NCBI GenBank assembly: GCA_030390025.1
Contig: CM059452.1
Span: 10,044,001-10,108,000 of the forward strand
Direction: 5' to 3'
Origin: Squalus acanthias
Lineage: Eukaryota
Length of the DNA: 64,000 bases
Shown: positions 1-12,930 of the stretch, piece after piece
Numbering within the stretch: the first letter of the stretch is position 1
Layout: the number at the start of each line of letters is the position of its first letter
Notes under the pieces: model-generated
Database searches by the model: none
Seen by the model: only the letters and a program-made list of their open reading frames with translations
What the model was told of the DNA's origin: nothing
Translations under genes and position numbers: made by a program

Positions 1-2
1 TC

Positions 3-461
3 TCCTCCATCCTCCTGAAACATCAGCAAGTTCACACTGACGAGAGACCGTTCAGTTGCTCTCATTGCGGGAAGAGGTTCACGCAGTCATCCCACCTCAT
101 TGCACACCAGCGAGTTCACACTGGGGAGAGGCCATTTACCTGCTCCGTGTGTGGGAAGGGATTCGCTAATTCATCCAACCTCATGGAACACCAGCGAGTT
201 CACACTGGGGAGAGGCCGTTCACCTGCTCCGTGTGTGGGAAGGGATTCACTTGTTCATCCAACCTGCTGACACACCAGCGAGTTCACACTGGGGAGAGGC
301 CGTTCACCTGCTCCGTGTGTGGGAAAGGACTCACTCGGTCATCCCACCTGCTGAGACACCAGCGAGTTCACACTGGGGAGAGGCCGTTCACCTGCTCCGT
401 GTGTGGGAAGGGATTCACTCAGTCATCCAACCTGCTGAGACACCAGGGAGTTCACATATAA
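3..461 (+). CDS. C2H2 zinc-finger gene, 3' end (5' part outside window)
   Basis: Open frame from position 3 to TAA at 459-461: five complete CxxC-x12-H-x3-H fingers with TGERPF linkers, plus the end of a sixth. Confidence 0.9.
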   Translation, partial: SSILLKHQQVHTDERPFSCSHCGKRFTQSSHLIAHQRVHTGERPFTCSVCGKGFANSSNLMEHQRVHTGERPFTCSVCGKGFTCSSNLLTHQRVHTGERPFTCSVCGKGLTRSSHLLRHQRVHTGERPFTCSVCGKGFTQSSNLLRHQGVHI

Positions 462-600
462 CTACAGGGGTTGGATTCTGCAGTTGTTGCTGCTGTTAAT
501 CATATCCAGGACTGAACCATGTTCATTCTGACAGTTGGGGTTTGTTTCTGCTGGTGTTAATAACCGGTATAACTGGGCTGGAGTTTAAAATTCTCGAAAT
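462..600 (+). other. Conserved ZNF-family 3' UTR element
   Basis: The same ~140-bp sequence (ggggttggattctgc...aactgggctggagtt) follows the ZNF stops at 14204, 25429, 38073 and ~50195 (+) and at 33117, 42329, 46301 and 60151 (-). Confidence 0.85.
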
Positions 601-3600
601 TCTGGAGCAATCTAGAGTAAAAATACTTACTTGGAGGAAGGCAAATTTCAGTGGGTTGAGAATGGATCTGGCCCGGGTAAATTGGAATCAAAGATTGGCA
701 GGCAAAACTGTAATCGAACAATGGGCTGCCTTTAAAGAGGAGATGGTTCAGGCACAGTTGAGGTACATTCCCACGAGGGGGAAAGGTAGGGCAACTGAAG
801 CCAGAGCTCCCTGGATGACAAAAGAGATAGAGAGTAAGATGAAGCAGAAAAAGAGCGTCTATGACAGATGTCAGGTTGAGAATATAAGTGAGAATCCAGC
901 TGAATACAGAAAGTTCAGAGAGGAAGTGAAAAAGAAAATAAGAGGGGCAAAGAGAGAGTATGAGAATAGATTGGCAGCTAACATAAAAGGGAATTCAAAA
1001 GTCTTCTATAGACATATAAATAATAAACGGGTAGTAAGAGGAGGGGTGGGGCCGATTAAGGACCACAAAGGGGGGTTTGCTAGTGCTGTTGGGAAGGATA
1101 TAAACTAGTTTGTCAGGGGGCTGGGAACCTAAGTGTGGGCCCAGAACAGAGAGAAACAAAGCTGGAAGTGCAAGTTAGAAAAGTAGTCAGCAAAACTAGT
1201 AGGGAGCAGAAACAAAGGCCAACAGTAAAGAGGGTCATAGTACAGAAAAATATTAAACAGGCAAAGTTGAAGGCACTTTATCTAAATGCACGTAGCATTC
1301 GCAACAAGTTGGATGAATTAATGGCACTAATAGTAGTAAATGGGTATGATGTAATTGCCATTACAGAGACATGGTTGCAGGGTAACCAAAGCTGGGAACT
1401 GAATGTTCCAGGGTACTCAACATTTAGGAAGGACTGACAAAAAGGAAAAGGAGGTGGGGTAGCGCTGTTAATAAGGGATGAGGTCGGTACGGTAGAGATA
1501 AAAGATCTTGGCTTGGCAGATCGTGATGTAGAACTGGAATCAGTTTGGGTGGAGCTAAGAAACAGCAAAGGATGGAAAACATTGGTGGGAGTTGTGTATA
1601 GGCCACCAAACAGTAGTGGTAATGTAGGGCACAGTATCAATCAAGAGATTAGAAGTGCATGTAACAAGGGCAATACGGTAATCATGGGGGACTTTAATCT
1701 ACATATTGACTGGGCAAATCAAATTACCACTAATGGTGTGGAGGACGAATTCTTGGAATGCATGCAAGATGGTTTCCTGGATCAGTATGTGGAGGAACCA
1801 ACCAGGGAACAGGCTATTCTGGATCTGGTACTGTGTAATGAGAAAGGGCTAATCAATAATCTTGTGGTAAAGGGGCCTTTAGGGACAAGTGACCATAATA
1901 TGATTGAATTTTATATTAAGTTTGAGAGTGATGTAGTCCAATCTGAAACTACGGTCTTCAATCTAAACAGAGGAAACTACAACGGTATGAGGGACAAGTT
2001 GGCCATGGTAGATTGGGAGACTACACTAAAAGGTATGAAGGTGGACATACAATGGCTAACATTCAAGGAAATAAAGCATAATTTGCAACAAACATATATT
2101 CCTCTAGGCCATAAAAACCCAAAAGGAAAAGTGATCCAACCATGGCTAACAAAAGAAATAAAAGCTAGTATTAAGTCAAAGGAGGAAGCTTATAAAGTTG
2201 CCAGAAAAAGCGGTCAGCCTGAGGATTGGGATCTTTTTAGAAATCAGCAAAGGGGGACCAAGAAATTGATAAAGAAGGGGAAAATGGAATATGAGCACAA
2301 ACTAGCGAAAAATATAAAAACGGATTGTAAAAGCTTCTATAGGTATGTGAAAAGGAAAAGGCTGGTGAAGGTAAATGTAGATCCTTTACAGTCAGAGACG
2401 GGAGAATTTATAATGGGGAATGAGGAAATGGCTGAGAAATTAAATAAATACTTTGTTTCTGTCTTCACGGAGGAAGACACAAAAAACCTCCCAGAAATGC
2501 GAGAAAACCAAGGGTGTGGTGAGAATGAGGAACTTAAAGAAATTATTATTAGTAAAAAAACAGTACTAGCAAAATTAATGGGACTAAAAGTCGATAAATC
2601 TCAAGGACCGGATGACCTACATCCTAGGGTTTTGAAAGAGGTGGCCATTGGGATAGTGGACGCATTGGTTGTCATCTTCCAAAATTCTATAGATTCTGGA
2701 ACGATTCCTGCAGATTGGAGGATAGCAAATGTAATCCCGCTATTTAAGAAAGGAGGGAGAGAGAAAATGGGGAACTACAGACCTGTTAGCCTCACATCAG
2801 TAGTTGGGAAAATGCTGGAATCTATTATAAAGGATGCAATAACTGGGCACTTAGAAACTAATAGTAAGATTGGGCAGAGTCAACATGGATTTATGAAAGG
2901 GAAGTCCTGTTTGACAAACCTATTGGAGTTCTTTGAGGATGTAACTAGTAGAGTAGACAAAGGGGAACCGGTAGATGTGGTGTATTTAGATTTTCAGAAG
3001 GCCTTCGATAAGGTCCCACACAAGAGGTTGGTGAACAAAATTAGGACACATGGAATTGGGGGTAATATACTAGCATGGATTGAGAATTGGTTAACAGACA
3101 GAAAACAAAGAGTAGGGATAAACGGGTCTTTTTCAGGATGGCAGGCTGTGACTAGTGGGGTACCGCAAGGATCGGTGCTTGGGCCCCAGCTATTCACAAT
3201 CTATATCAATGATTTGGATGAGGGGACTAAATGTAACATTTCCAAATTTGCTGATGACACAAAGCTAGGTGGCAGTGTCAGTTGCGAAGAGGATGTGAAG
3301 AGGCTTCAAGGGGATCTCCACAGGCTCAGTGAGTGGGCAAGAACATGGTAGATGGAATATAATGTGGATAAATGTGAAGTTATCCACTTTGGTAGAAAAA
3401 ACAGAAAGGCCAAGTATTTCCTAAATGGTGAAAGATTGGGGAATACAGATGCTCAAAGGGACCTGGGTGTCCTTGTACATGAGTCACTGAAAGTGCTTGT
3501 GCTGGTGCAGCAAGCCATTAGGAAGGCAAATGGTATGCTGGCCTTCATTACAAGAGGATTTGAGTACAGGAGTAAAGAAGTCTTACTCCAATTATATAGG

Positions 3601-5922
3601 GCCTTGGTGAGACCACACCTGGAGTACTGTGTACAATTTTGGTCTCCTTACCTAAGGAAGGATATACTTGCCATAGAGGGAGTGCAACGAAGGTTCACAA
3701 GATTGATTCCTGGGATGGCGGGACTGTCATATGAGAAGAGATTGAGTAAACTAGGCCTGTATTCTCTTGAATTCAGAAGAATGAGAGGGGATCTCATTGA
3801 AGCATACAAAATTATTACAGGGCTTGATCGGGTGGATGCTGAGAGGATTTTTCCCTTGGCTGGGGAGTCTAGAACTAGGGGCCACAGCCTCAGGATAAGG
3901 GGTGGGCCATTCAGGACTGAGATGAGAAGAAATTTCTTCACACAGAGGGTGGTAAATATTTGGAATTCTCTACCCCAGAGGGCTGTGGAGACTCAGTCAT
4001 TGGGTATATTCAAAACAGAAGTCGATACATTTCTGACTAGTAAGGGCATCAAGGGATATGGCGATAGGGCCGGTGAATGGAGTTGAGGCAGAAGATCAGC
4101 CATGATCTCGTTGAATGGCAGGAGCAGGCTCGAAGGGCCGAATGGCCCACTCCTGCTCCTATTTCTTATGTTCTTATGAGACCTATGCATGGAGGCAGAG
4201 GCCATGCCTGAGGTACTAAATGAGTACTTTGCATCTGTCTTCACCAAGAAAGAAGATGCTGCCAAAGTCATAGTGAAAGAGGAGGTAGTGGAGATACTGG
4301 ATGAGATAAGAATTGATAAAGAGGAGGTACTAGAAAGGCTGTCTGAACTTAAAGTTGATAAGTCACCAGGACCTGATGGGATGCATCCTCGGATGCTGAG
4401 GGAGGTTAAGGATGAAATCACGGAGGTGCTGGCCATAATCTTCCAATCCTCCTTAGATACAGGGGTGGTGCCAGAGGACTGGAGAATTGCAAATGTTACA
4501 CCCTTGTTCAAAAGAGAATGTAAGGATAAACCCAGCAACTACAGACCAGTCAGTTTAACCTCGGTAGTGGGGAAGCTTTTGGAAACGATAATCAGGGACA
4601 AAGTTAACAGTCACTTGGACAAGTGTGGATTAATTAAGGAAAGCCAGCACGGATTTGTTGAAGGCAAATCGTGTTTAACTAACTTGATCGAGTTCTTTGA
4701 TGAGGTAACAGAGAGGGTTGATGAGACTAATGTGGTTGATATAGTGTCCATGGATTTCCAAAAGTTGTTTGATAAAGTGCCACATAATAGGCTCGCCAGC
4801 AAAGTTGAAGCCCATGGAATAAAGGGGACAGTGGCAGCACGGATATGAAATTGGCTAAGTGACAGGAAACAGAGAGTAGTGGTGAATGGTTGTTTTTCGG
4901 ACTGGAGGAAGGTGTTCCCCAGGGGTCGGTACTAGGCTCACTGCTTTTCTTGATATATATTAATGACTTGGACTTGGGTGTACAGGGCACAATTTCAAAA
5001 TTTGCAGATGACACAAAAATTGGAAGTATAGTGAACAGTGAGGAGGAGAGTGATAGACTTCAAGAGGACATAGACAGGCTGGTGGAATGGGCGGACACGT
5101 GGCAGATGAAATTTAACACAGAAAAGTGCGAAGTGATACATTCTGGTAGGAAGAACGAGGAGAGGCAATATAAACTAAAGGGTACAATTCTAAAGGGGAT
5201 GCATAAACAGAGAGACCTGGGGGTATATGTACACAAATCATTGAAGGTGGCAGAGCAGGTTGAGAAAACGGTTAAAAAAGCATACGGGATCCTGGGCTTC
5301 ATAAGTAGAGGCATAGAGTACAAAAGCAAGGAAGTTATGATGAACCTTTATAAAACACTGGTTCGGCCTCAACTGCAGCATTGTGTCCAATTCTGGGCAC
5401 CGCACTTTAGGAAAGATGTGAAGGCCTTCGAGAGGGTGCAGAAAAGATTTACAAGAATGATTCCAGGGATGAGGGACTTCAGTTACGTGATAGACTGGAG
5501 AAGCTGGGGTGGTTCTCCTTAGAGCAGAGAAGGTAGAGAGGAGATTTGATAGAGATGTTCAAAAGCAAGTGGGGTCTGGACAGAGTAGATAGAGAAAAAC
5601 TGTTCCCATTGGCGGAAGGGTCGAGAACCAGAGGACACAGATTTAAGGTGATTGTCAGAAGAACCAAAGGCGACATGAGGAAAAACTTTTTTACACAGCG
5701 AGTGGTTAGGATCTGGAATGCACTGCCTGAAAGGGTGGTGGAGGCAGATTCAATCACGGCTTTCAAAAGGGAACTGGATAAGGAGCTGAAGGAAAAAGAA
5801 TTGCAGGGCTATGGGGAAAGGGCGGGGGAGTGGGACTAGCTGAAGTGATCTTGCAGAGAGCCGGCACGGGCTCGACAGGCTGAATGGCCTCCTTCTGTGC
5901 TGTAACCATTCTATGATTCTAT
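601..5922 (+). mobile_element. CR1-clade LINE (host element, split into 601-1071 and 4179-5922), inserted in the ZNF 3' UTR
   Basis: ORF2 fragments ([28 protein letters not shown]) and an (attctatg)n tail; the halves join as gaccacaaagg|agacctatgc, as in the uninterrupted copy near 54050; the ZNF 3' UTR with AATAAA resumes at 5923. Confidence 0.9.
1072..4178 (+). mobile_element. CR1-clade LINE nested in another CR1; near-complete ORF2 (APE endonuclease + RT) with two premature stops
   Basis: LNARS, ITETW, GDFN and SDH endonuclease motifs, RT motifs, in-frame stops at 1435-1437 and 3349-3351, (ttcttatg)n tail. Confidence 0.95.
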
Positions 5923-7528
5923 ATATGTCAAATAAATCAGCTTTGTTTCAAACACAGTGTGTTGAGTCCTTGACGTCTCCAAGATAAGAGAAGACTATTT
6001 GATGTCCTGTTACAAACTGCTCCATTTTTGGGCCTTTTCTCCTTTCTAACTCTAGATTATTTCAGTTCTAATACCTTCGGTTACTCTCATGGACAAGTCC
6101 CAGCTCCCCATACCTTCCAGAGTGCCTCTCCCAGCCTTGGTATCCAGGGAAGGTATCGGTAACACGCCCGGGATCACTAAACACAAAACCCAGTCTGTTA
6201 ATCACTTTCAGCGACTGGACTTAGCGTCTGACCCACAGCATCTCTCTCACCTTCGATGTGTGAATAGAGCATCACGCCGCAGAACCTGGTTTTAAATTTG
6301 AATCCACTCAGAAAATGTATTGAACAAAATACGAACAAATAAACACGTCACGGCCCAATAATCCAGCTCTATGTTCACAGGAGGAACCCTGTTATCCAAC
6401 TCCTCGAGTGGGCAAAAGATCCCAAATGTAAGAGTCCCTCGAATCCTTTGTTAATACCTTTCAAATCCTGAACGGTTCCTGCCTTATTCTAGAATTCCCC
6501 ATCCCTGTGGGAGTCGACATTGGTCACAAACTGCTAATTGGACATTTTTAACTGATTTTTCAGCTGTTTCAAGCTGACCAGGTCCTTCACTCAGAGAATC
6601 TCCAAGGAGACTCTTTGATTTAAACACAGCTCTCCCCTCTTTCATATCCGGGATTAGATTACTGGGAATTTGAATACCTGACCACTCAAATTTAAAAGGG
6701 CCCGTCAGTGATATACAGACTGAACCAATCACACAGCTCTGGGTCAGTTTGAATGATTCCTCTCTCCAGCCTGTAACCGATTAAACTTGTAACACTGAGG
6801 CTGAAATTCCACTGCCGTGTCCCGGGGGTGGAGGCAGTGCTGGGCACAGAGGGAGCAGCAAACCGGGTTCAGAGTGGGCAGGCTGGGTTTACCCTTTCCC
6901 TGGGTTTTCCGATGAGCTTGTACTGGGGCCCAGTGGGCTTTCACTGCTCCGGGGTATTTACGGGCATGTCCTCGCTGCCCCTGGAATTCCCACACATTGC
7001 CCCCTGGGTGTGAGGCCAGCGCTCTGTGCCTTTAAACACTGGAGTGAAGCCGAGTCCTGCAGGCACACAGTCACCAGGAGGAGTTTCTAACTGTCCGGAC
7101 CGACCTTTTGGGGAGATTATCCCACTTTTGGGCCGGTTGTAGTTTCTTCCCATTGTCCCGTTGCTTGTTCCCTTGGATTGGATCTTTATTTGTTCCCTTT
7201 GGTTTGGTTTCAGTTTCACTGCTGGACCCACCACTCAAAGCACTTTGTCTGATCTGCCCCCGGGAATGAGCAGACTCCTCCCTCACCTCCCACACTGCAC
7301 CATCTCTCCTCCTCTTTCCCCCTTGGTTGTGTTCCACACTCTGGGCCTTGGGCCTTCCCCGGGGATTCTCAGTATGAACAGGTGGGATGTGTTTGGAGAC
7401 AGGGTGTCCCGGCTCTCCACCTTTAAAGGGACAAGGAGACGACCAGCTGGGCTGAATGGCCCTGCTTTATGACATCACTGCAGTGCCTAGCAACCAACCT
7501 CCCTGAGCCCTGCTCATTATGGGCTGGC
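5923..7528 (+). repeat. Duplicated ZNF 3'-flanking block
   Basis: Near-identical to 16665-18270; partial copies at ~25570-26357 (internally deleted) and ~50330-50960. Confidence 0.85.
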
Positions 7529-7529
7529 A

Positions 7530-7867
7530 GTGTTTGATGGGACAGTGTAGAGGGAGCTTTACTCTGTATCTAACCCGTGCTGTACCTGCCCTGGGAGTGT
7601 TTGATGGGACAGTGTGGAGGGAGCTTTACTCTGTATGTAACCCGTGCTGTGCCTGCCCTGGGAGTGTTTGATGGGACAGTGTAGAGGGAGCTTTACTCTG
7701 TATCTAACCCGTGCTGTGCCTGCCCTGGGAGTGTTTGATGGGACAGTGTAGAGGGAGCTTTACTCTGTATCTAACCCGTGCTGTACCTGCCCTGGGACTG
7801 TTTGATGGGACAGTGTAGAGGGAGCTTTACTCTGTATCTAACCCGTGCTGTACCTGACTGGAGAGTG
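7530..7867 (+). repeat. 67-bp minisatellite, ~5 units
   Basis: Unit tgtttgatgggacagtgtagagggagctttactctgtatctaacccgtgctgtacctgccctgggag. Confidence 0.95.
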
Positions 7868-7918
7868 CTTCAGGCAGACACTCGGTGCTCAGAACACCCC
7901 ATTCCCCAGCACTGACAT

Positions 7919-8053
7919 GTGAGAAGTCGCACAACACCAGATTATAGTCCAACAGCTTTATTTGAAATCACAAGCTTTCGGAGCGCTGCTCCTTTGTCAG
8001 GTGATTTCAAATAAAGCTGTTGGACTATAACCTGGTGTTGTGCAACTTCTCAC
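7919..8053. mobile_element. Penelope-like element terminal-repeat hairpin (53-bp inverted arms) around a degenerate minimal hammerhead on the minus strand
   Basis: Arms 7919-7971 and 8001-8053; the same sequence ends the GIY-YIG element at 52962; minus-strand loop reads cacCTGACAAaggagcagcgctccGAAAgcTTgtg. Confidence 0.75.
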
Positions 8054-8680
8054 TTTCATAAATAGAGGCATAGAGTACAAAAGCAAGGAAGTTATGATGA
8101 ACCTTTATAAAACACTGGTTCGGCCTCAACTGGAGTATTGTGTCCAATTCTGGGCACCGCACTTTAGGAAGGATGTGAAGGCCTTAGAGAAGGTGCAGAA
8201 AAGATTTACAAGAATGGTTCCAGGGATGAGGGACTTCAGTTATGTGGATAGACTGGAGAAGCTGGGGTTGTTCTCCTTGGAGCAGAGAAGGTTGAGAGGA
8301 GATTTGATAGAGGTGTTCAAAAGCAAGTGGGGTCTGGACAGAGTAGATAGAGAGAAACTGTTCCCATTGGCGGAAGAGTCGAGAACCAGAGGACACAGAT
8401 TTAAGGTGATTGGCAGAAGAACCAAAGGCGACATGAGGAAAAACTTTTTTATGCAGCGAGTGGTTAGGATCTGGAATGCACTGCCTGAAAGGGTGGTGGA
8501 GGCAGATTCAATCACAGCTTTCAAAAGGGAATTGGATAAGTATCTGAAGTAAAGAAATTTGCAGGGCTATGGGGAAAGGGCGGGGGAGTGGGACTAGCTG
8601 AAGTGATCTTGCAGAGAGCCGGCACGGGCTCAACGGGCTGAATGGCCTCCTTCTGTCCTGTAACCATTCTATGATTCTAT
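8054..8680 (+). mobile_element. CR1 3' fragment
   Basis: LVRPQLEYCVQFW and RTRGH motifs, attctatg tail. Confidence 0.9.
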
Positions 8681-8845
8681 AAAATATTAGAAAGTTTGTG
8701 CCACAGAAGCACGGGGTTTATCTGCTTTTATTCATGAATTTAAAAAGTCTGTATTAAAACCTGAGCCAGTGTGTTGTGAGACAAAGAGCCTTGTGTCCAA
8801 TAAGGGGAATAAAGGCCCACAGCTTCCCCTGGCCCGGGGCCCTGA

Positions 8846-11800
8846 ACTTCTGGGGAAGGTGGGACCTGTACAAACAGGACGGTTTGCACCTGAACCAGAG
8901 GGGCACCAATATCCTGGGAGGGAAATTTGCTACGGCTCTTCGGGGGGGTTTAAACTAATTTGTCAGGGGGATGGGAAAAAGGGCTGTAGTCCACGAGCCA
9001 GTGGTGAGTGTAGGGAGGTACTGAGGAGGGTATCAAGGTCGCAGGAATGTACCGGCAGACAGGAAGATGGCTTGAAGTGTGTCCACTTCAATGCAAGGAG
9101 CATCCGGAATAAGGTAGGAGAACTTGGAGCGTGGATTGGTACTTGGGACTACGATGTGGTGGCCATTACGGAGACATGGTTAGAACAGGGACAGGAATGG
9201 TTGTTGGAAGTTCCGGGGTATAGATGTTTCAGTAAGAGTAGGGAAGTTGGTAAGAAAGGTGGAGGAGTAGCATTGTTAATCAAGGGTAGTTTAACAGCGG
9301 CAGAAAGGCAGTTCGAGGAGGATCTGCCGTCTGAGGTAATATGGGCTGAAGTTAGAAATAGGAAAGGAGCGGTCACGTTGTTAGGAGTTTTCTACAGGCC
9401 CCCAAATAGTAATAGAGATGTGGAGGAAGAAATTGCAAAGCAGATTATGAATAGGTGTGGAGGTCACAGAGTAGTTGTCATGGGTGACTTCAACTTTCCA
9501 AATATTGATTGGAACCTTTATAGGACAAACAGTTCGGATGGGATAGTTTTTGCACAGTGTGTGCAGGAGGGTTTCCTGACACAATATGTGGATAGGCCGA
9601 CAAGAGGTGGGGCCACGTTGGATTTGGTACTGGGTAATGAACCGGGCCAAGTGTTTGATTTGTATGTGGGAGAGCACTTTGGAGATAGTGACCACAATTC
9701 GGTAACTTTCACGATTGCAATGGAGAGGGATAGGGCCATACGGCAGGGCAGGGTTTATAATTGGGGGAGGGGTAATTATGATGCGATTAGGCAAGAATTA
9801 GGGAGTATAAGATGGGAACAGAAACTATCAGGGAAAGGCACAAACGAAAAGTGGAGCTTTTTCATGGAGCAATTACTGCGTGTCCTTGATAGGTATGTCC
9901 CTGTCAGGCAGGGAGGAAATGGCCGAGTGAGAGAACCATGGTTCACAAAAGAGGTTGAATGTCTAGTCAAGAGGAAAAAGGAAGCGTATGTAAGGATGAG
10001 AAAACAAGGTTCAGTTGGGTCGATTGAGGGGTACAAGGTAGCAAGGAATGAGCTAAAAAAAGAGCTTAGGAGGGGGCATGAGAAGTCCTTGGCGGGTCGG
10101 ATCAAGAAAAACCCCAAGGCTTTTTACTCTTGTGTGAGAAATAAAAGAATGACCAGGGTGAGGGTAGGGCCGGTCAAGGACAGTAGTGGGAACTTGTGCA
10201 TGGAGTCAGAAGAGATAGGAGAGGTGATGAATGAATACTTTTCGTCAGTGTTCACCGAGGAGAGGGGCCATGTTCTTGAGGATGAGAGTGTGATAAAGGT
10301 GGATAGGCTGGAGGTGGTAGATGTTCTGAGGGAAGATGTTTTAGCAATTTTGAAGAACCTGAGGGTCGATAAGTCCCCTGGGCCAGATGGGATATATCCT
10401 AGGATTCTTTGGGAGGCAAGGGAGGAGATTGCAGAGCCTCTGGCTTTGATCTTTGGGTCCTCACTGTCCACGGGGATGGTGCCAGAGGACTGGAGAGTGG
10501 CGAATGTTGTTCCTCTCTTCAAGAAAGGAAATAGGAATGACCCTGGTAATTATAGGCCGGTTAGTCTTACTTCGGTGGTTGGTAAGATATTGGAAAAGGT
10601 CCTGAGGGATAGGATTTATGACCATTTGGAAAGGGGCAACTTAATCAGGGATAGTCAACACGGATTCGTGAAGGGTAAGTCTTGCCTAACAAATTTGATT
10701 GAATTCTTTGAGGAGGTAACTAAGTGTGTAGATGAAGGTAGAGCAGTTGATGTCGTATACATGGATTTTAGTAAGGGGTTTGATAAGGTTCCCCATGGTC
10801 GTCTCATGAAGAAAGTAAGGAGTTGTGGGATAGAGGGAAATTTGGCCGATTGGATAAGTAACTGGCTATCTCATAGAAGGCAGAGGGTGGTGGTGGATGG
10901 AACATTTTCGGACTGGAGATCAGTTACCAGCGGTGTGCCACAGGGGTCGGTGCTGGGTCCTCTGCTGTTTGTGATTTTTATCAATGACTTGGAGGAGGGG
11001 ACTGAAGGGTGGATCAGTAAATTTGCTGATGACACCAAGATTGGTGGAGTAGTGGATGAGGTGGAGGGCAGTTGTAGGCTGCAAAGAGACATTGATAGGA
11101 TGCAGAGCTGGGCCGAAAAATGGCAGATGGAATTTAACCCTGATAAGTGCGAGGTGATTCATTTTGGTAGGGCAAATTTGAATAAGGATTACAGGGTCAA
11201 CGGCAGGGTTCTGAGGAACGTGGAGGAGCAGAAGGATCTTGGGGTTCATATCCACAGATCTGGATAGAGCAGTAAAGAAGGCCTATGGTGTGTTGGCGTT
11301 TATTAACAGAGGGTTTGAGTTTAAGAACCGTGAGGTTATGCTGCAACTGTACAGGACCTTGGTGAGACCACATTTGGAATATTGTGTGCAGTTCTGGTCA
11401 CCTCACTATAGGAAGGACGTGGAAGCATTGGAAAGAGTGCAAAGGAGATTTACCAGGATGCTGCCTGGTTTGGGGGGGAGGTCTTATGAGGAAAGATTGA
11501 GGGAGTTGGGGCTTTTCTCTTTAGAGCGGAGGAGGATGAGAGGCGACTTAATAGAGGTTTATAAGATGATGAGGGGGATAGATAGAGTGGATGTTCAGAG
11601 GCTATTTCCTCAGGTAGAGGCAGCTGTTACAAGGGGGCATAACTATAAGGTGCATGGGGGGAGATATAGAAGGGATGTCCGAGGTAGATTCTTTACTCAG
11701 AGAGTGGTTGGGGTGTGGAATGGACTGCCTGCTGTGATAGTGGAGTCGGACACTTTAGGAACTTTCAAGCGGTTATTGGATAAGCACATGGAGCACACCA

Positions 11801-11908
11801 GAGTGATAGGGAGTGTGATAGCTTGATCTTGGTCTCGGACAATGCTCGGCACAACATCGAGGGCCGAAGGGCCTGTACTGTGCTGTACTGTTCTATGTTC
11901 TATGTTCT
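8846..11908 (+). mobile_element. CR1 LINE: end of ORF1 plus near-complete ORF2 with one frameshift
   Basis: ORF1 tail (WDLYKQDGLHLN) and APE + RT motifs; ~20-nt deletion near 11260 relative to the sister copy at 57355; (tgttcta)n tail. Confidence 0.95.
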
Positions 11909-11929
11909 ATGCCCGGAGCACTTCATGAA

Positions 11930-12510
11930 GGGTGGGCCTTTATTACAAGAGGATTTGAGTACGTTATATATCCAAGTTTTTTAAATGGTGAGAGATTGGG
12001 AAATGTTGGTGTTCAGAGGGACCTGGGTGTCCTTGTACACGAATCGCTGCAAGTTAACATGCAGGTACAGCAAGCAATTAGGAAAGCAAATGGTATGTTG
12101 GCCTTTGTTACAAGAGGATTTGAGTATAAGAGTAAAGACGTCTTACTGCTGTTATATAGGGCCCTGGTGAGACCACACCTGGAGTATTGTGTACAGTTTT
12201 GGTCTCCTTACCTAAGGAAGGATATACTTGCCATAGAGGGAGTGCAACGAAGGTTCACCAGACTGGTTCCTGGGATGGGGGGTTTGTCCTATGAGGAGAA
12301 ATTGAGTAGAATGGGCCTATATTCTCTGGAGTTTAGAGGAATGAAAGGTGATTTGATTGAAACATACAAAATTCTTACAGGGCTTGACAGGGTAGATGCA
12401 GGGAGGATGTTTCCCCTGGCTGGGGAGTCTAGAACCAGGGGTCACAGTCTCAGAATAAGGGGTCGGACTGAGATGAGGCCCACTCCTGCTCCTATTTCTT
12501 ATGTTCTTAT
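11930..12510 (+). mobile_element. CR1 3' fragment, internally deleted
   Basis: RDLGV and RPHLEYCVQFW motifs, ttcttatg tail; inverted duplicate at 34654-35230. Confidence 0.85.
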
Positions 12511-12930
12511 GAACCAGTGAGTGTAGAACTGAACCCAGCCAGAGTCAGCACCTTCAGGGGAGGAGAGGGAGGGGAACCAGTGAGAGTGTAACTGAACCCA
12601 GCCAGAGTCAGCACCTTCAGGGGAGGAGAGGGAGGGGAACCAGTGAGTGTGGAACTGAACCCAGCCAGAGTCAGCACCTTCAGGGGAGGAGAGAGAGAGG
12701 AACCAGTGAGTGTAGAACTGAACCCAGCCAGAGTCAGCACCTTCAGGGGAGGAGAGGGAGGGGAACCAGTGAGTGTAGAACTGAACCCAGCCAGAGTCAG
12801 CACCTTCAGGGGAGGAGAGGGAGGGGAACCAGTGAGGGCAGAACTGAACCCAGCCAGAGTCAGCACCTTCAGGGGAGGAGAGGGAGGGGAACCAGTGAGT
12901 GTGGAACTGAACCCAGCCAGAGTCAGCACC
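12511..12930 (+). repeat. 63-bp minisatellite, ~6.7 units, just upstream of the ZNF exon splice acceptor
   Basis: Unit gaaccagtgagtgtagaactgaacccagccagagtcagcaccttcaggggaggagagggaggg; acceptor ttttacag near 12997. Confidence 0.95.

Noticed and set aside
5954-5995. RSS heptamer CACAGTG just after the ZNF poly(A) signal (also ~61907)
   Set aside because: No nonamer at 12- or 23-bp spacing
6089-6295. Recurrent 68-aa ORF MDKSQLPIPSR (also 16832 and 50497)
   Set aside because: Conservation is explained by segmental duplication; frameshifted in the 25.7 kb copy; no recognisable domain
7530-7867. CRISPR-like array
   Set aside because: Units are contiguous with no unique spacers; eukaryotic minisatellite
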